DNA of 56,941 nt, filler included, from Sphacelaria rigidula (GCA_964200075.2; 8 parts of 8 records of this genome joined end to end with filler, not necessarily neighbours in it), one strand, 5' to 3'. Positions 12,056 to 23,966 are shown, numbered from the whole stretch's first letter. Made by a program: numbers and translations. Notes: generated from the sequence alone by a model not told the origin.

Positions 12056-12163
12056 ACGAGTGGCCACTGGGGTGCTTGCAACCTCAAATATGGACGTCAC
12101 AGGCGTTGCACAAGGTCCGTAACGTCCAAATTTGAGGTTGCAGGCACTCCAGTGGCCACCCGT
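12056..12163. mobile_element. 108-bp hairpin, mini-MITE-like or pre-miRNA-like
   Basis: 45-bp arms ACGAGTGGCCACTGGGGTGCTTGCAACCTCAAATATGGACGTCAC / GTAACGTCCAAATTTGAGGTTGCAGGCACTCCAGTGGCCACCCGT with an 18-nt loop. Confidence 0.7.
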
Positions 12164-12841
12164 GTTGAAAAGCCTTCAACACACATGTATATACCGACGA
12201 CGACGATGTGCACCAGCGCTGTCGCTGAAATTCTCGAGCCGATGTGGTGAAGAGGGTTTCAGAGGCTCATCATGAAACAACTACGGCACATGACGACAGC
12301 CGATTTACCAGCGTAGTCATCTGTCGTGAAGATATTGCACTGGCAAGCACTGGGACAACAAGCGTACATGCAGCGACTCGCATGTTGATCCATATTTCAT
12401 TGTTCTTCCGCCTGCACTACATTCTCTTCGGCGTGCGTGCTTTTGGGCTGTACTGCATTTTCGTCGTCATAATGAAGATGCAAGGATTCTGGACGCAGTG
12501 CCAAGTTACACCGCTCTCTGCTGGCAAGCCATGGTGCTGCAAGCCGTTTGCAACCCCATGCGATTCCGACCAGGTACCTGTCACTCCACTGTACCCCATG
12601 AAAGTCCCGCCAAAGACGGCGGGGGGCTTCAAACACACGCTGTCAAATTCAGTTCAGAACATGGCGCCTCAGTAGCGTCGCCCGGGGTCCGACATAATCA
12701 TTTTAGAGCGTCGCAAAATCAAATATTGATCTGAACAGTGAAATGACAGCAGAAGAACTCTGGATACGAGAAACAACATGCATGTTTCTCCAAAGCAGGA
12801 TAGAGCGCGTTTTCGCCAGCTTCCCCCGAAACGGCGATTAA

Positions 12842-12960
12842 CCCTTTGGGAACTAGACCCCCAGGGAGTGCTGGTTTTTGTTTTGGTNNNNNNNNNNTCA
12901 AAATGATGCCGATTCACAAAGATTTACAAAACAAGAATCAGCACTTGAGTTCCCAAAGGG
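12842..12960. mobile_element. piggyBac-type non-autonomous element
   Basis: TTAA|CCCTTTGGGAACT...AGTTCCCAAAGGG|TTAA plus subterminal inverted repeats; internal 10-N gap makes the true length unknown. Confidence 0.85.
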
Positions 12961-13436
12961 TTAAATCGCGATCATTCACTCTATATCCTCAGCACGTACC
13001 TCCAGTAGCGCACCCTTCGAACTGCTGCTGCGAGTGTATCTGGATGAGGTTATTCACCGTCGAGGTATGAGCGTTCCCGTATAGGTTCAGCAGTAGATAA
13101 TAACGGCTTCCCATGTGTCGGTAGTCTCTATGGCATGGCGCACATGAAACATCTTGCTGGGCGACGATCTGCGCTTTTACTACTACAGTGCAAGCAACTA
13201 CGGCAGCTAGCGGATGCATGCACAGTGTGTTGAACATCTTTCGAAGTCTGATCGCTGTATCGAAAAAATGATAAATGTCCCGTCCTACTTGAAAAACCGC
13301 ACCTAACAACGTTTTCCTGAAATTGAGGGTTGAAGGTTGACTGAGAGTGAAAAGCGGTCAGTTAGTGAATAAACCGTTTCAGTTCCGAAATGAACCTCTA
13401 CCGGGCCCAATATTCTCTCTGTAGTAGCTTGCCACT

Positions 13437-13602
13437 GAGGCCCTCGATACCCCTGAGTAGGATATCAACGTGTAGCTTTAAGCACATGTCAGTGATGAGA
13501 CGACGAAAAGCACACACACGGAATGAAAAATTGGCCAAGTTAAAGCGAATGATTAAAGCCACTCTTAATCCGCACCCAACTCTCAATCTCACGAAAACCC
13601 TG
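13437..13602 (+). repeat. Dispersed repeat, about 165 bp
   Basis: Matches 35727-35888 (TGAGTAGGA..ACGTGTAGCT.TAAGCACA..CACACGGAATGAAAAATTGGCC.AGTTAAAGCGA) and partly 35658-35723. Confidence 0.8.
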
Positions 13603-13663
13603 TCATCTCTCGGTTTGTTTGCCGGCTGTCATCATGTGTACGTTCATCGTCAAGGTCGTATTG

Positions 13664-13869
13664 TCATATCGGGCGTTCGATTTAAATATGAAGGTTTACC
13701 CTGAAGGTCCATCCTTAAAATACAAAGTTGCTTCGAATCAGAGTGAGCGCCCAGATTGATTTCAACGTCGGATCGTCATGTCAGGTGCTCGGTTTGAATG
13801 TGAAGGTTCACCCTGAAGATCCATGTAAATACAAAGTTGCTTCGCATCAGAGTGAGTGCCCACATTGAT
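13664..13869. repeat. Diverged tandem duplication, about 110-bp unit
   Basis: Two copies of TGAAGGTT.ACCCTGAAG.TCCAT...AAATACAAAGTTGCTTCG.ATCAGAGTGAG.GCCCA.ATTGAT. Confidence 0.8.
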
Positions 13870-14161
13870 ATTTTTACCCGTTCACCATCAAACAAAAAAT
13901 GGTCAAGCTGAATCGATGTCAGTCACGCAGCGTATGTTTTCAACTTAACGTCGAAGTTCACTGAGAAACAGTGGATCGTAGAAAAATGGGGTTCGTCTAA
14001 AAAATGAGGTTGAAGTGGCATTTCTCTTGTACAGGGATGACGCGAAACACTTACGACCTAGCGAAGCAATCATTCCCCCCAAATATCCACAGCAGCTAAG
14101 CAGCTGTGGCTAGATGCACCTAACGAATGCGGTGTACACTCGTGTCTATGACGATATCACC

Positions 14162-14261
14162 NNNNNNNNNNNNNNNNNNNNNNNNNNNNNNNNNNNNNNN
14201 NNNNNTTAATTAATTAANNNNNNNNNNNNNNNNNNNNNNNNNNNNNNNNNNNNNNNNNNNN
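14162..14261. other. Artificial contig linker
   Basis: N-TTAATTAATTAA-N, 100 nt. Confidence 0.98.
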
Positions 14262-14775
14262 CCCCCCCCCCCGAAGCATCAAATGTCAACTTCAGGGGCC
14301 TTGATGTCTTCTGTCCGCTTTGTGGAGTTCCCTGACAGAACCAAATGTCCGAATGACCATTGTCGAGAATTGCCATCACTTCTTCCTTTCAATCGCTAGT
14401 ACCAAGCCCAGGTGAGACATGCTACGCCGTAAAAGAGCATAGACCGAAGGTAAAAGCACCAGGAAGTTCACAGGCGTTCTGACCGCAAGTCAGTTGAGTT
14501 AACGCTGCAACATGTGAACCGTTGTATTGGGTAAGTTCCCCCCCCCCGCTTTTACACTGTCTCTTTGAAGTGCCGAGACTAAGAACAACCGATATTTCCC
14601 AACTTTAATAAAGGACAGAATGAGTGTGTGTGCTACTCATTTTCACTACTCCCTGGCCCACCATTCATCCCTTGAAGGCATCGGGGGGGAGGGCGCGCCG
14701 GTGTGTGTGTGTGTGTGTGTGAGGGGGGGGGGGTGCTATATCCCGTTGTACACCGGACATGATCCAATATCTCAC

Positions 14776-15099
14776 CGTGTCAATGTGGCTGTTAAAAAGG
14801 ACCCTTGGTACATGTCCCGGCCAGTGCGCGTAAACGTTGTGCCTGACCTGACCGCCAACGACCGATCTCTGCGGTGCCACGGGTTGCAACTGCACTGTCC
14901 AGCCTCGCTCCTCGAGAAGCTGCTTCAGCGCGATGGCCATCGGCTGCTCGTGCCCAGACAAGGACTCGATGTTGATCAGCCGAACAGCCAGTGCAACTAG
15001 CGGATCGCCGTCATGATCATGATTTTTTTGGTCGTCATCATCGGCGCGTTGTGAGCCGCATGTAGCAACCTGCTCATTGATGATACCACCCCTTTCCAT
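14776..15099 (-). CDS. M20-family metallopeptidase / acetylornithine deacetylase (ArgE/DapE-like), N-terminal exon
   Basis: LVALAVRLINIESLSGHEQPMAIALKQLLEERGWTVQLQPV...HNVYAHWPGHVPRVLFNSHIDT ends at a GTGAG donor. IESLSGHE and the metal-binding NSHxDT(V) motif are typical of M20. No further exon found on this contig. Confidence 0.9.
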
Positions 15100-17540
15100 G
15101 GTGATGAATCTGGCAAAACAGCTACTTCAGCCCGTATAGACTGTGACTCTCAGCCTGTACGGTTTGACAGGTGCTATACGAGTACCAGCACCCAGGAAAT
15201 GCGATTTAAAATAAGCTTTCCTTCGGAATTTATTACCATGTTCCATCACTCTTCCACTGGGATTATAATTATCTACTTATAGTCTTTGTAGTAATACGCA
15301 AACTTCTGGGCTGGAGCTACTTGTGGATACTAATGAAGCTTTGTTATGTATGTTTAATGTAAGTGATTGCCGCAGTGTCATTACTTGACATGGACGTGGA
15401 ATCCCTCCCGGACTGCGATTTTTTCTCAAGTATTATGTGATGATGAAAAAACAAAAAGTAATAGGCAAACTTAAAATTGGCATCTCTTCTTTTTCAGCGT
15501 GAAATGACCATCGCACAGTACAGTTAGTAGGGTACTGTATACCACGACGACTTGATGGCGTTGGTCTCTCCACTGGTATCTGCTTAATTGATCTTCATAA
15601 TATATAGTGAGGAACCTGCGAACCGAAAGCATCCAACGGTGAAGCCCAATACGCGGATATCGAGGACATCAGCGGCGCGCTACATATTGCACATCGTCAG
15701 CGCTGAGGGTGCAACGTTACGCGTTACCCTACTCGTCATAGATGAGACTTGCCGCTTGGGCGAGGCTTGCTCCCAGTCTGTCGTCGTTTGCTGTGAACTC
15801 ATCGCACAAGATCCTCTTCGCTGGCAGCAGAAGTTCGTGTACCTCGATGATGGCTGCCTCGTGGCAAACGCTCTTGTCGCAAAGGTGCGTACTGACGATA
15901 CTACTGTTGTGTACATCGCATGCTCCAGGTGCAACTGAGATCGGAATATCTCTCCCCTACATTGGACATTCGCCACGTCGCGCGTAAGTCCAAAATTGGT
16001 GGTCCCTCAATCGCTGTATGTTATCGATGCTCGCCCTAATACCGAAGCGTATCCCATGCCGTAGTTTGATGAATGTATGAGCTAGGCTGGTACATACCAT
16101 GGTTAAGGGGGCGTGTGGAACGATCCGCTCAAACCTGCGGTGACTGGATACTGGATACACAAACGGCCTGACGACAGGTTGTTTCAGTGTTGTTCCTTTT
16201 CAATAGTACTCCGGAGTATGGAGGCGGTATTTTCGGAGGTTAGGCCTCCTAACACAGCACACCTGGCATCTGATGGTGCTGAAACTTGACCTATGTGCGT
16301 CTTGAGGCCGCAGGTTGGTGTTGACGCAGCAGTTTCGGCGACCCAAGGCGTTTCGTGCGCTGCTTGGATTAAAAAGGACCATCATGCACGATGGTCCCGT
16401 GATTCCAAAAATTAGATGGCTTTCTGATGACAACTGTAGGGGAACCGACATGAAACCCACCCCGAGGCAGCGGCAGATCTTGCTAGCTTTGTTGTTTACG
16501 TCGAACCCCTGTCGATCGAGGCTGGCACCAAGACGGGAAATAATCACCACTTAAGGTTCTCCATATTTTAGAGGGGGATGGCATTGGCTCTTATACGCCG
16601 TGTCGAGCAAGACACGGCCGTGCAGCCGAGCCGAGCCGAACACGGTCTTTTGCCAAGGACCACTGTGGAGTTGTTCGGGGAGGGGGTGACGTCTCCTTCC
16701 AGAGAGTGCCAGACTTACGTGGCCGGGTACCACGATGATCTCACGAGGACGAGAGCGGTTGCTGTGGAATTCCTCTAGCAGAATCAACCGGAAATTCGTT
16801 CAGCAGACGCCCCCACGTCAATATCTTGAGCTTTCTTCGACAGTCGTCTCATCGCCCTTGTGCGGAGTTTTTTTTAATCTCACTTGGTTCCAGACTAGGA
16901 CAGAGTGCAAGTTGCACTTTTCAATTTTACGGGTGGATCGCAGGTATTCCATCCGTCCCGAGTCTTGATTCGTATGGTACAGTCAGTATGACAGTACTCG
17001 TTCTACTGCCGACTGTAATAGTAGCACACAGTTAGCTAATAACGGTCGCAATATCCTTCGTGGATGAAGTGCTTGTTCCCTCCTCAGTGTTTATATCCTT
17101 TCCATCCGGCTGCTCCAGTTTGTGCAGAGGTCTGCAGCGCCACCTTGCCGTGATAATGTGGGCCCGTCTCTCCCAAGGACGTTTGCCTCTTGAGTCTTAT
17201 CATTTTGTAGGCCTTGGAGCATGCCCGTCTTCAGTGACCGCGACGAATGGTGACTTATAATCGCGGTAAAATGCCTCCATATTAGTGAAAAGGAACAACA
17301 CCGGTTTGGCGTGTTTCTGTCGACAAGACAAGTCTGCAACAGGACAGCCTGGAAAGATTGCCCATTCCTGCGCGACTGCATGTGTTTTCAGTGATGTCTT
17401 GGCAAACGCACGTGAAGGTGTGACTTGGTGAAATGTTGACATGTCGCTATTACAGCGCAGCGTACGCACAGGATTTCGCCGCTTATCACGAATTATGGCT
17501 CATTGATGGGTGTACTGATTGTCGCACATTAACTAGTCCA

Positions 17541-17700
17541 CAGCACCGCAGAAGGAAGTGGACTACTAAAATAATTTGAAGAAGGAAAAACTCCTGTGGT
17601 GGTCTTCCTGCTGTGTGACCCCGGCTGATGCGCCCACATATACCGAAAGGTGTAGGCTGGCGTCCAGAATAAATGGGATGACAGCACACACAACACACAC
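17541..17700 (+). mobile_element. tRNA-derived SINE, 3' fragment
   Basis: GCACCGCAGAAGGAAG...TGTGTGACCCCGGCTG...GGCGTCCAGAATAAATGGGATGACAGCACACACAAC matches the 3' half of 25961-26327. Confidence 0.8.
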
Positions 17701-18932
17701 TGCGACCCAACCATGTTCATAAAGTAAAGGTACTCCTCCTCAAGGAAACTCTCCTCAAGAAACTCTCGAGGAAGAGGGGAGAAGATGGAGAAGGAAGAAA
17801 ACGTGAAGTTAATTGAACACGGGAAAGAACGAAGGAAAGGGTTTGGAAAAGGAAGTGGAACGATTGCACGATATTGCTGCTGCAGGAACCTTTCTGCCCG
17901 CCATGCGGGTACTTTTTTCGCGTAGCCTCTGCTATTGCTCTTTCCAAATGAGGTTCGTGTGCTGAATTTCCGATGAACATATCCACCCTGGTGTCTAGGA
18001 TTGAAATAAAATACAGCACCTAGAATGGCATTCAAATGGTTGATGTGCACCTCTCCTCAAATTTTGGGGTCCCAACTCCCGAACCTCGCGTGAGAGGTCC
18101 AAGACATGAGCATTCCCAAGGGCTTAGATATCTCTTGAGTATTGTTTGGACGTTTTCCCAAATGTTTGTTCCGGGCCAACTTTCGAGCGACGACAAGTTG
18201 GGTGTCGAAACAGTGATCCCTGTCCTCACCTCGGTGTCAGCAACGCGTACACCAATTTTCAGGACAATGAAGCAAGAAATCACTGGATTTTGTTTTCATC
18301 AATACTTCCCCTAACTGTCGCTACCAGGCCGTATCCAGCATGTAAGCGTCGTGCGAAATGATGAACGTACCTGAATGATCGATCACACCGCGCGACGCAC
18401 CCCAGGGTGGTTGCACAGTCGCAGGGATCCTACTGTTGCGCTATATTTTGTTACTGCTCGGGCTCTATGCCCGGGGACGACTCTTCCCCTCGATGTAGTG
18501 GAACCAGCCTGTACATCACCGTGCCGTGTACGGCGTAATTTTTCATAGTTTAGTACCCCGATTGGTGCGCACAGCACTGCGTAGCCACTGCCTACTGTGT
18601 CTCATCCGTGACCATGATTTCAGAATTTTTCAAAATGCTGTCTGAGGTCAAACGTGGAGCACGTAATAACTCCTGTCGAGGAGCAAACACCTGCATGAAC
18701 GATATGACGCATATTGAGAGATTCGGCAGCGATGATTTTCTCTGGCTGACAAGTCAATTATCATACAGCCAACTACGAAGTACCTCGGTGAGGGCGCTAA
18801 CGTCCATGTTCCTTTACACTCCCCTGCTGACCATCTCCATCGGTTCTCAGCTGCTCAAAATATTTCAACCGTTCGCTGGACCACAACCTGAACGTTATGA
18901 ATTTCCTTCACCGCATTTTCAACCGGCAAAAG

Positions 18933-19111
18933 CATCGCGAAGCACAAGAAGGACCCCACTGCCAAGTACTGCCAGCTGGCCACCGCTGCCGTCGGGGGAG
19001 GAGCTTCATGTCGCACTTGGGTTTTCCGAGGTTTCTATAACGACACTGGCGCACTCAAGTTCATCACAGATCGCAGGAGCAACAAAGTTGCGGAGATCGC
19101 GGCGGATCCTG
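18933..19111 (+). CDS. Pyridoxamine 5'-phosphate oxidase-related FMN-binding protein (Alr4036-type), internal exon
   Basis: aaag|C ATC...CCT G|gtgagt gives IAKHKKDPTAKYCQLATAAVGGGASCRTWVFRGFYNDTGALKFITDRRSNKVAEIAADP, matching QLAT...RTxVFRGF...LKFITDxRSxK. This frame is absent from the ORF track. Confidence 0.9.
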
Positions 19112-20269
19112 GTGAGTATTGTGACCAAAAATGTACGATACCTTAATCCTTCTAGTGTGTAGTCGTCGTACACTGTGGCCACCTATTTCGAGGGGGCTCG
19201 GAAAAGTTGTTTTGGGTCGAAGAGCTATATAAAAACAGAGGAGTAGGGGCCCGTCAAGTCGTTTATCGTGCGTTGTCAAGCGCAAGGCGCGCGTCGGTAT
19301 TCTGCGTGGACAAACACAAGCAGCAGCATGCACTATGGCGTGCACCAAGCTTTGCCGGGTGTGTCCATCGAACCGACACTACGCCTTTGGTGGACACAGC
19401 TGAGGTTGAAATATGAAAAATAAAGGAATAAAAATCCTAACCCACCCGCTCGACGATTGACCTAGATTACTGCAGTCTCCATCTGCCGAGATTTAGAACA
19501 CCGAGAAAGTGGAGTTAGAGCCCAACCGTTTAACCTGCAACCATCTACGTCTACAGTGGTCATGCTCCAAAACCTCACAAGACTGTCAGACGGCCCACTG
19601 GCGACTGGGCGCCTTGATGGCTGTCAATGGTCAAATTAGGTGGTGACCACTCGACTGCATTCAAATGTACTTTTTAGCTTGAGAATGGCATTAAAAACAG
19701 CAAAACTCCGTTACACAGTTGCGGTGGCACAGCGTCCATAGGGTAATATTGAAAGATGGAGCGTGTATATGCGCCCGTAAATACAGCCAAGGAAACAGGT
19801 AGTCGCTCAATTGGTGCGATAAAGGTGGAGTAGTAGCCCCAACGACGATATGACATCGAAAACAGATGCCTGTGCTCTTGGTTGAGGAATAACATAGTCC
19901 AAGGACCGTCTTTGCTGCAGTGCAGCAACGGGCGCGGCTTCATTCTGGGTAGTGAGAGATGACAATCACCGCCGCGAATGACGCAAAAGCGCTTCGATAC
20001 CGGTGAGGTACACAATATAAAAAAAATGATGTAGTGCCAACAGAGGCGTGGTCGGGTGACACCGGAAAAACATTTGTCAATTGACGACGCAACCGATTGG
20101 ATTCAAAACCAGCTTGTAGAAGGCAGATGAATGTTGGGACAGTACCAGAATCGTAAATCTTTTGGATGAGCAATAATACCTATTTTTGTACTTGTTTACC
20201 GAAGCTCCGATAGGAGGTTCAGCCTCCGTCAGTGAACATAGATAAGTGGGACATTGTATTGGCATGCGT

Positions 20270-20615
20270 CACCCCTTGATCGATTGACTCCCAAAATTCG
20301 ATTCCAGCGCACATAGTGAATCTCGCGCCGCTCGATACATCTCTGTGTAGTCAAAATGATTTCCTGAGCTCTCATACGTTTTTTTAGCAGCTATCTATCC
20401 CTGCGGTGTGCGAAAATCGATCTTGCGCTTTCAGACGACGGGAGAAACGCCAAGCCTGCCGCAGATCCTAAATCAAACACGACCCTTTCACAGATTCTTA
20501 TACCGTTGGATCACCCCTCGATCTATCGATTTCCAAGAGCTGATCTCAGCTCACAGTGCAATCTCGCGCCACTTGATGCATCTCTGTGTGGGCGAGATGA
20601 TTTCGTGAGCTCTCC
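20270..20615. repeat. Diverged direct repeat pair
   Basis: AATCTCGCGCC.CT.GAT.CATCTCTGTGT...ATGATTTC.TGAGCTCTC near 20320 and 20560. Confidence 0.65.
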
Positions 20616-21017
20616 TTTGTATTTGAAGCAGTTATGATCTCTTACTGCACGCGACAATCGATATGGCGTTCTCAGATGGCATCTGCCGTAGATGCTTAAT
20701 GAAATCCGAACCTGTTGGGTATCGGATGTTCCGCCGTGCGATCCACAGTTCAAGTGTCAAGCCCACCTGCCGTGGATCCTAAATTGTATGAGACGCCATC
20801 ACGGATCACCTGGTTGGTACCTGAGGCTCTTGCGGCCCGTCAGGATCTTTAGAAGCGCTAGATACTCACCACACGCTTGGCAACCCTTCGACTCGCTTAA
20901 ACATATCTTACACAAGATCGGAAACGTGGAGTTTTGCACCTGTACAACAGCACCCGAAGAAGACACAACGGCTACAGAGTCGTCACGTGACTTTTTCAAC
21001 CTTGTTTAGATGGAAAG

Positions 21018-21095
21018 TGTTGAGTAGCCGATTGACTGCTGAGCTAATCAGCCAGCGCTGGCTGATTAGCTCAGCAGTCAATCGGTTACTCAACA
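21018..21095. mobile_element. 78-bp loopless palindrome with TGTTG...CAACA ends and 4-bp TSD
   Basis: Arms 21018-21056 and 21057-21095 are complementary at 38 of 39 positions; AAAG at 21014-21017 and 21096-21099. Confidence 0.75.
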
Positions 21096-21291
21096 AAAGC
21101 CAAGTTCGATGGGTCCGATGCATAACCCCGAGCACTCACGCCCCAGGGTTGCCATCCTTGTAACCAACGCTGCGCTGGTGAGTCCAACCGGTTTGACTTC
21201 GACTGCGCTCTCGATGGGTCTTACGTCGAACTTCTTTGGCTCGCACCCGGTGCTCATTTTTACCAAAGGATCCTTATGACTGTCCTGGGGA

Positions 21292-21391
21292 NNNNNNNNN
21301 NNNNNNNNNNNNNNNNNNNNNNNNNNNNNNNNNNNTTAATTAATTAANNNNNNNNNNNNNNNNNNNNNNNNNNNNNNNNNNNNNNNNNNNN
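21292..21391. other. Artificial contig linker
   Basis: N-TTAATTAATTAA-N, 100 nt. Confidence 0.98.
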
Positions 21392-21588
21392 TTTTACGCT
21401 CTGTCGGCGCCGTGTCTTGTGTTTCGACGTCTCCGCCGTGCTCTGCTGGGCGGTGAGTGGTGGGGGGGGGGGGGGTTACACGCTTGCTCTAGTCGCGGAG
21501 GTGGAGGCCACTCAAGTTCGTCCGGATTTCGGCGATACCAGAATAGAATAGGAATGAGCCGCGGTGAACGTCTTGGTTATCATGAAAA

Positions 21589-21872
21589 TTTCAAACGTCG
21601 GACAGCTCATGAGCTACCTGGGTACTACTTCTCATTAGAGTACTGATCTGGATCATGAGCTAGCTCATTTGAGAGCTAGCTCATTTGACCACTATTTTTG
21701 TATTAGCTTCCGACAGCGATGGAAGTGGAGCACATGGTGTAGCGGAAAGGTAACGCTCTGGCTTCTCGGACACTGCTGTCATGTTTTTTGTGTTTTTGTA
21801 CAAAGGATCTGAGAGTTCTCTTCGATTAGTTATTTCTGGTATAATAGCTCATGACCTGTCCTACGTGTGAAA
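21589..21872. mobile_element. MITE-like element with 28-bp inverted ends
   Basis: TTTCAAACGTCGGACAGCTCATGAGCTA / TAGCTCATGACCTGTCCTACGTGTGAAA (25 of 28 complementary), with internal GAGCTAGCTCAT repeats. Confidence 0.7.
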
Positions 21873-22950
21873 AAATTCGAGCCTTTTTTTTTTACACAAT
21901 ATGTGTGTACATGCGGAGCGCAAGCTAGAGTTTACTTGTCAAGTATGTCGTGTACCCGTACATGTCTCGGTTGGTTTTGACTCTTCGTGCTTCTGTGAAA
22001 ACGAATGGGGCATTGGTTTGTTTTTTTCCCTCTTTTGGTTCAACTCGCTGCTCGCTATACCCTTCGTCTCGAAAGAACAACTGAGGACGTATGTGTATAA
22101 CACTGACGTTCCTGATGGTGTTCCTGAGCTGGTCGGAACTCCCGCCCCCGACACAACATTCACCAGGTCATTCCTCACGACGAACGGTTTGTTGATTTTC
22201 TGGTCCCCCCTGAAGGCTCGCTATATGCTACCAGGGAGCACGTGGTGTGTACTCCACACTTATATACACGAATTTGACTCGACAAGCATGGTGTGGAGAG
22301 TTTACGATAAACGTAGACAATTCCCACCGTGGCCGGGAGAATATATATATATATATATATATGATCAAATAATAATTAAAATAATAATTAAAATAATAAT
22401 TATTGTACGTCTATCATGAGACCACGGCTGGACCCCTGGGGGGTCCGTTAGGTCCGTTACAGTGACACAATCAATCAAAATAAAATTGAAATCAATCGAA
22501 TCAATGAATGTTTGGATTTTGATTGTTTGATTTTTGTTTTCGGACAAGGGGAAGACAACAATATTTTTTAGGATGGCTGGTTGTGATTTAATTTGATGTT
22601 TTGGACAAGAGGAAGACACTATATGTATTAAGTACAAATCTACTTTTCCATACAAAAAATATAGCGTTGCTTTTTTGGTAAAGCCGTCTACCACAGGATA
22701 TCCCCTAGAGGCGCGCTCTCCCTGCAATAGTATCGCGGCTCGGAAGCGGTAGAGGGAGGCCCCCTTGGTGGTGGTTTATCGCCTGTTTGACTGTCGGAAT
22801 TGACTGATGCGCTACGAATACAGCCGTGGCCATCAGATAAAAGAGCCCAAGATGTGAAGGCATGGAGAACACAGTCTGAAGAGAACTCCAGAAATGCAGA
22901 AAGAAAAAAGGCGAAATATGGGGGAAAGGGGGGAAGGGGAGCGGGGGGCA

Positions 22951-23019
22951 GGACTCATTTGTTGCTTGGCTTAGTCGTTTGACCGTTGACTACGTACGCA
23001 TCCATTTCGAGACGGAGCA
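22951..23019 (-). mobile_element. Structured short interspersed element, subfamily B
   Basis: GGACTCATTTGTTGCTTGGCTTAGTCGTTTGACCGTTGAC...GCATCCATTTCGAGACGGAGCA after a G-rich tract. Confidence 0.8.
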
Positions 23020-23562
23020 GGATACTTGAATAAGCAGGCAGAGAAACAAGGGAAGGAACAACAGAAACTACAGGAACCACAGAAAAGAGGGAAAGGGGAA
23101 AAAGAAGAGGAGAAACACGCTGGGCAAAGATCCAGAACTGGTTACGAGAAACCCCCCGACAGGTAGTGTATACTCCGAACGAACTCACACCACAGATGAC
23201 GCTTACATGTTTTCCTCACACTACTTATACTTACCGCCCCCCGCTCCTCACCAAGAAAAATATCTCGAAGCATTTCCCCTCCTGTGGTATCTCTTATCCA
23301 CTTCACCATATGTCTGAATTTCTCGCTATCCACTCCCACACTTATCCGATCGACAACACACGCAGATAATAAACGCTTTTGGTGGTGACAACCACACACA
23401 AGTCCCCGCCCCTCCACCCATGAGGCAAAGCGTAACCCGTGGCTGTCTCCGGAAGTGGCAACATCAGAAACTGAAGCAACTCATTCAAGATTTTCATCTA
23501 TAAGCAAGATATTTAGTGCGCGTCGGGCCGAACAATCGTAGTAGGATGCAGCTCGCCGTTTC

Positions 23563-23719
23563 TGCGACTCGCCGAACACAAGACGGCGCTTCGCCCTTGG
23601 TGATCGCGAGTCTGGTGGTCCGGCGAAAACCCGGCGTGCTCCGTCCCGGCCTTTTAGGAATACAATGCCAATGGTCTTGTGACTGCGGTATGCAAGATCA
23701 TGAGTACCTCGCCCTCCCC
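23563..23719 (+). mobile_element. Structured short interspersed element, subfamily A (longest copy)
   Basis: GCGACTCGCCGAACAC...CCGGCGAAAACCCGGCGTGCTCCGTCCCGGCC...AATGGTCTTGTGACTG...GATCATGAGTAC plus a C-rich tail. Confidence 0.8.
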
Positions 23720-23966
23720 GTCCTTCTCACGGCCTCTCACAAGAGGGGGAAATGTATGTGGACTAAACGAATAGGACATGAAAGCGTTCGGTACGTTAGA
23801 TAGTGGCAAGAAAGCGACCGCCATACTAGGAGATAGATGGTGGCCACATACAGCGAAACAGGAAGAGGATGCGTAAGATATATATATATATATATTGTCG
23901 TGAAGGGTAAAAAAAACGCATTGAGCTCCCGAATGATGGAGGTGTCTCTATTTGGAGTAGGGAACG

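Noticed and set aside
15680-15976. ORF resembling a mitochondrial transit peptide upstream of the M20 exon
   Set aside because: No convincing splice path to 15109, and several frames are similarly open.
18608-19162. 184-aa ORF from the track
   Set aside because: Wrong frame; it overlaps the real PNPOx-like exon.
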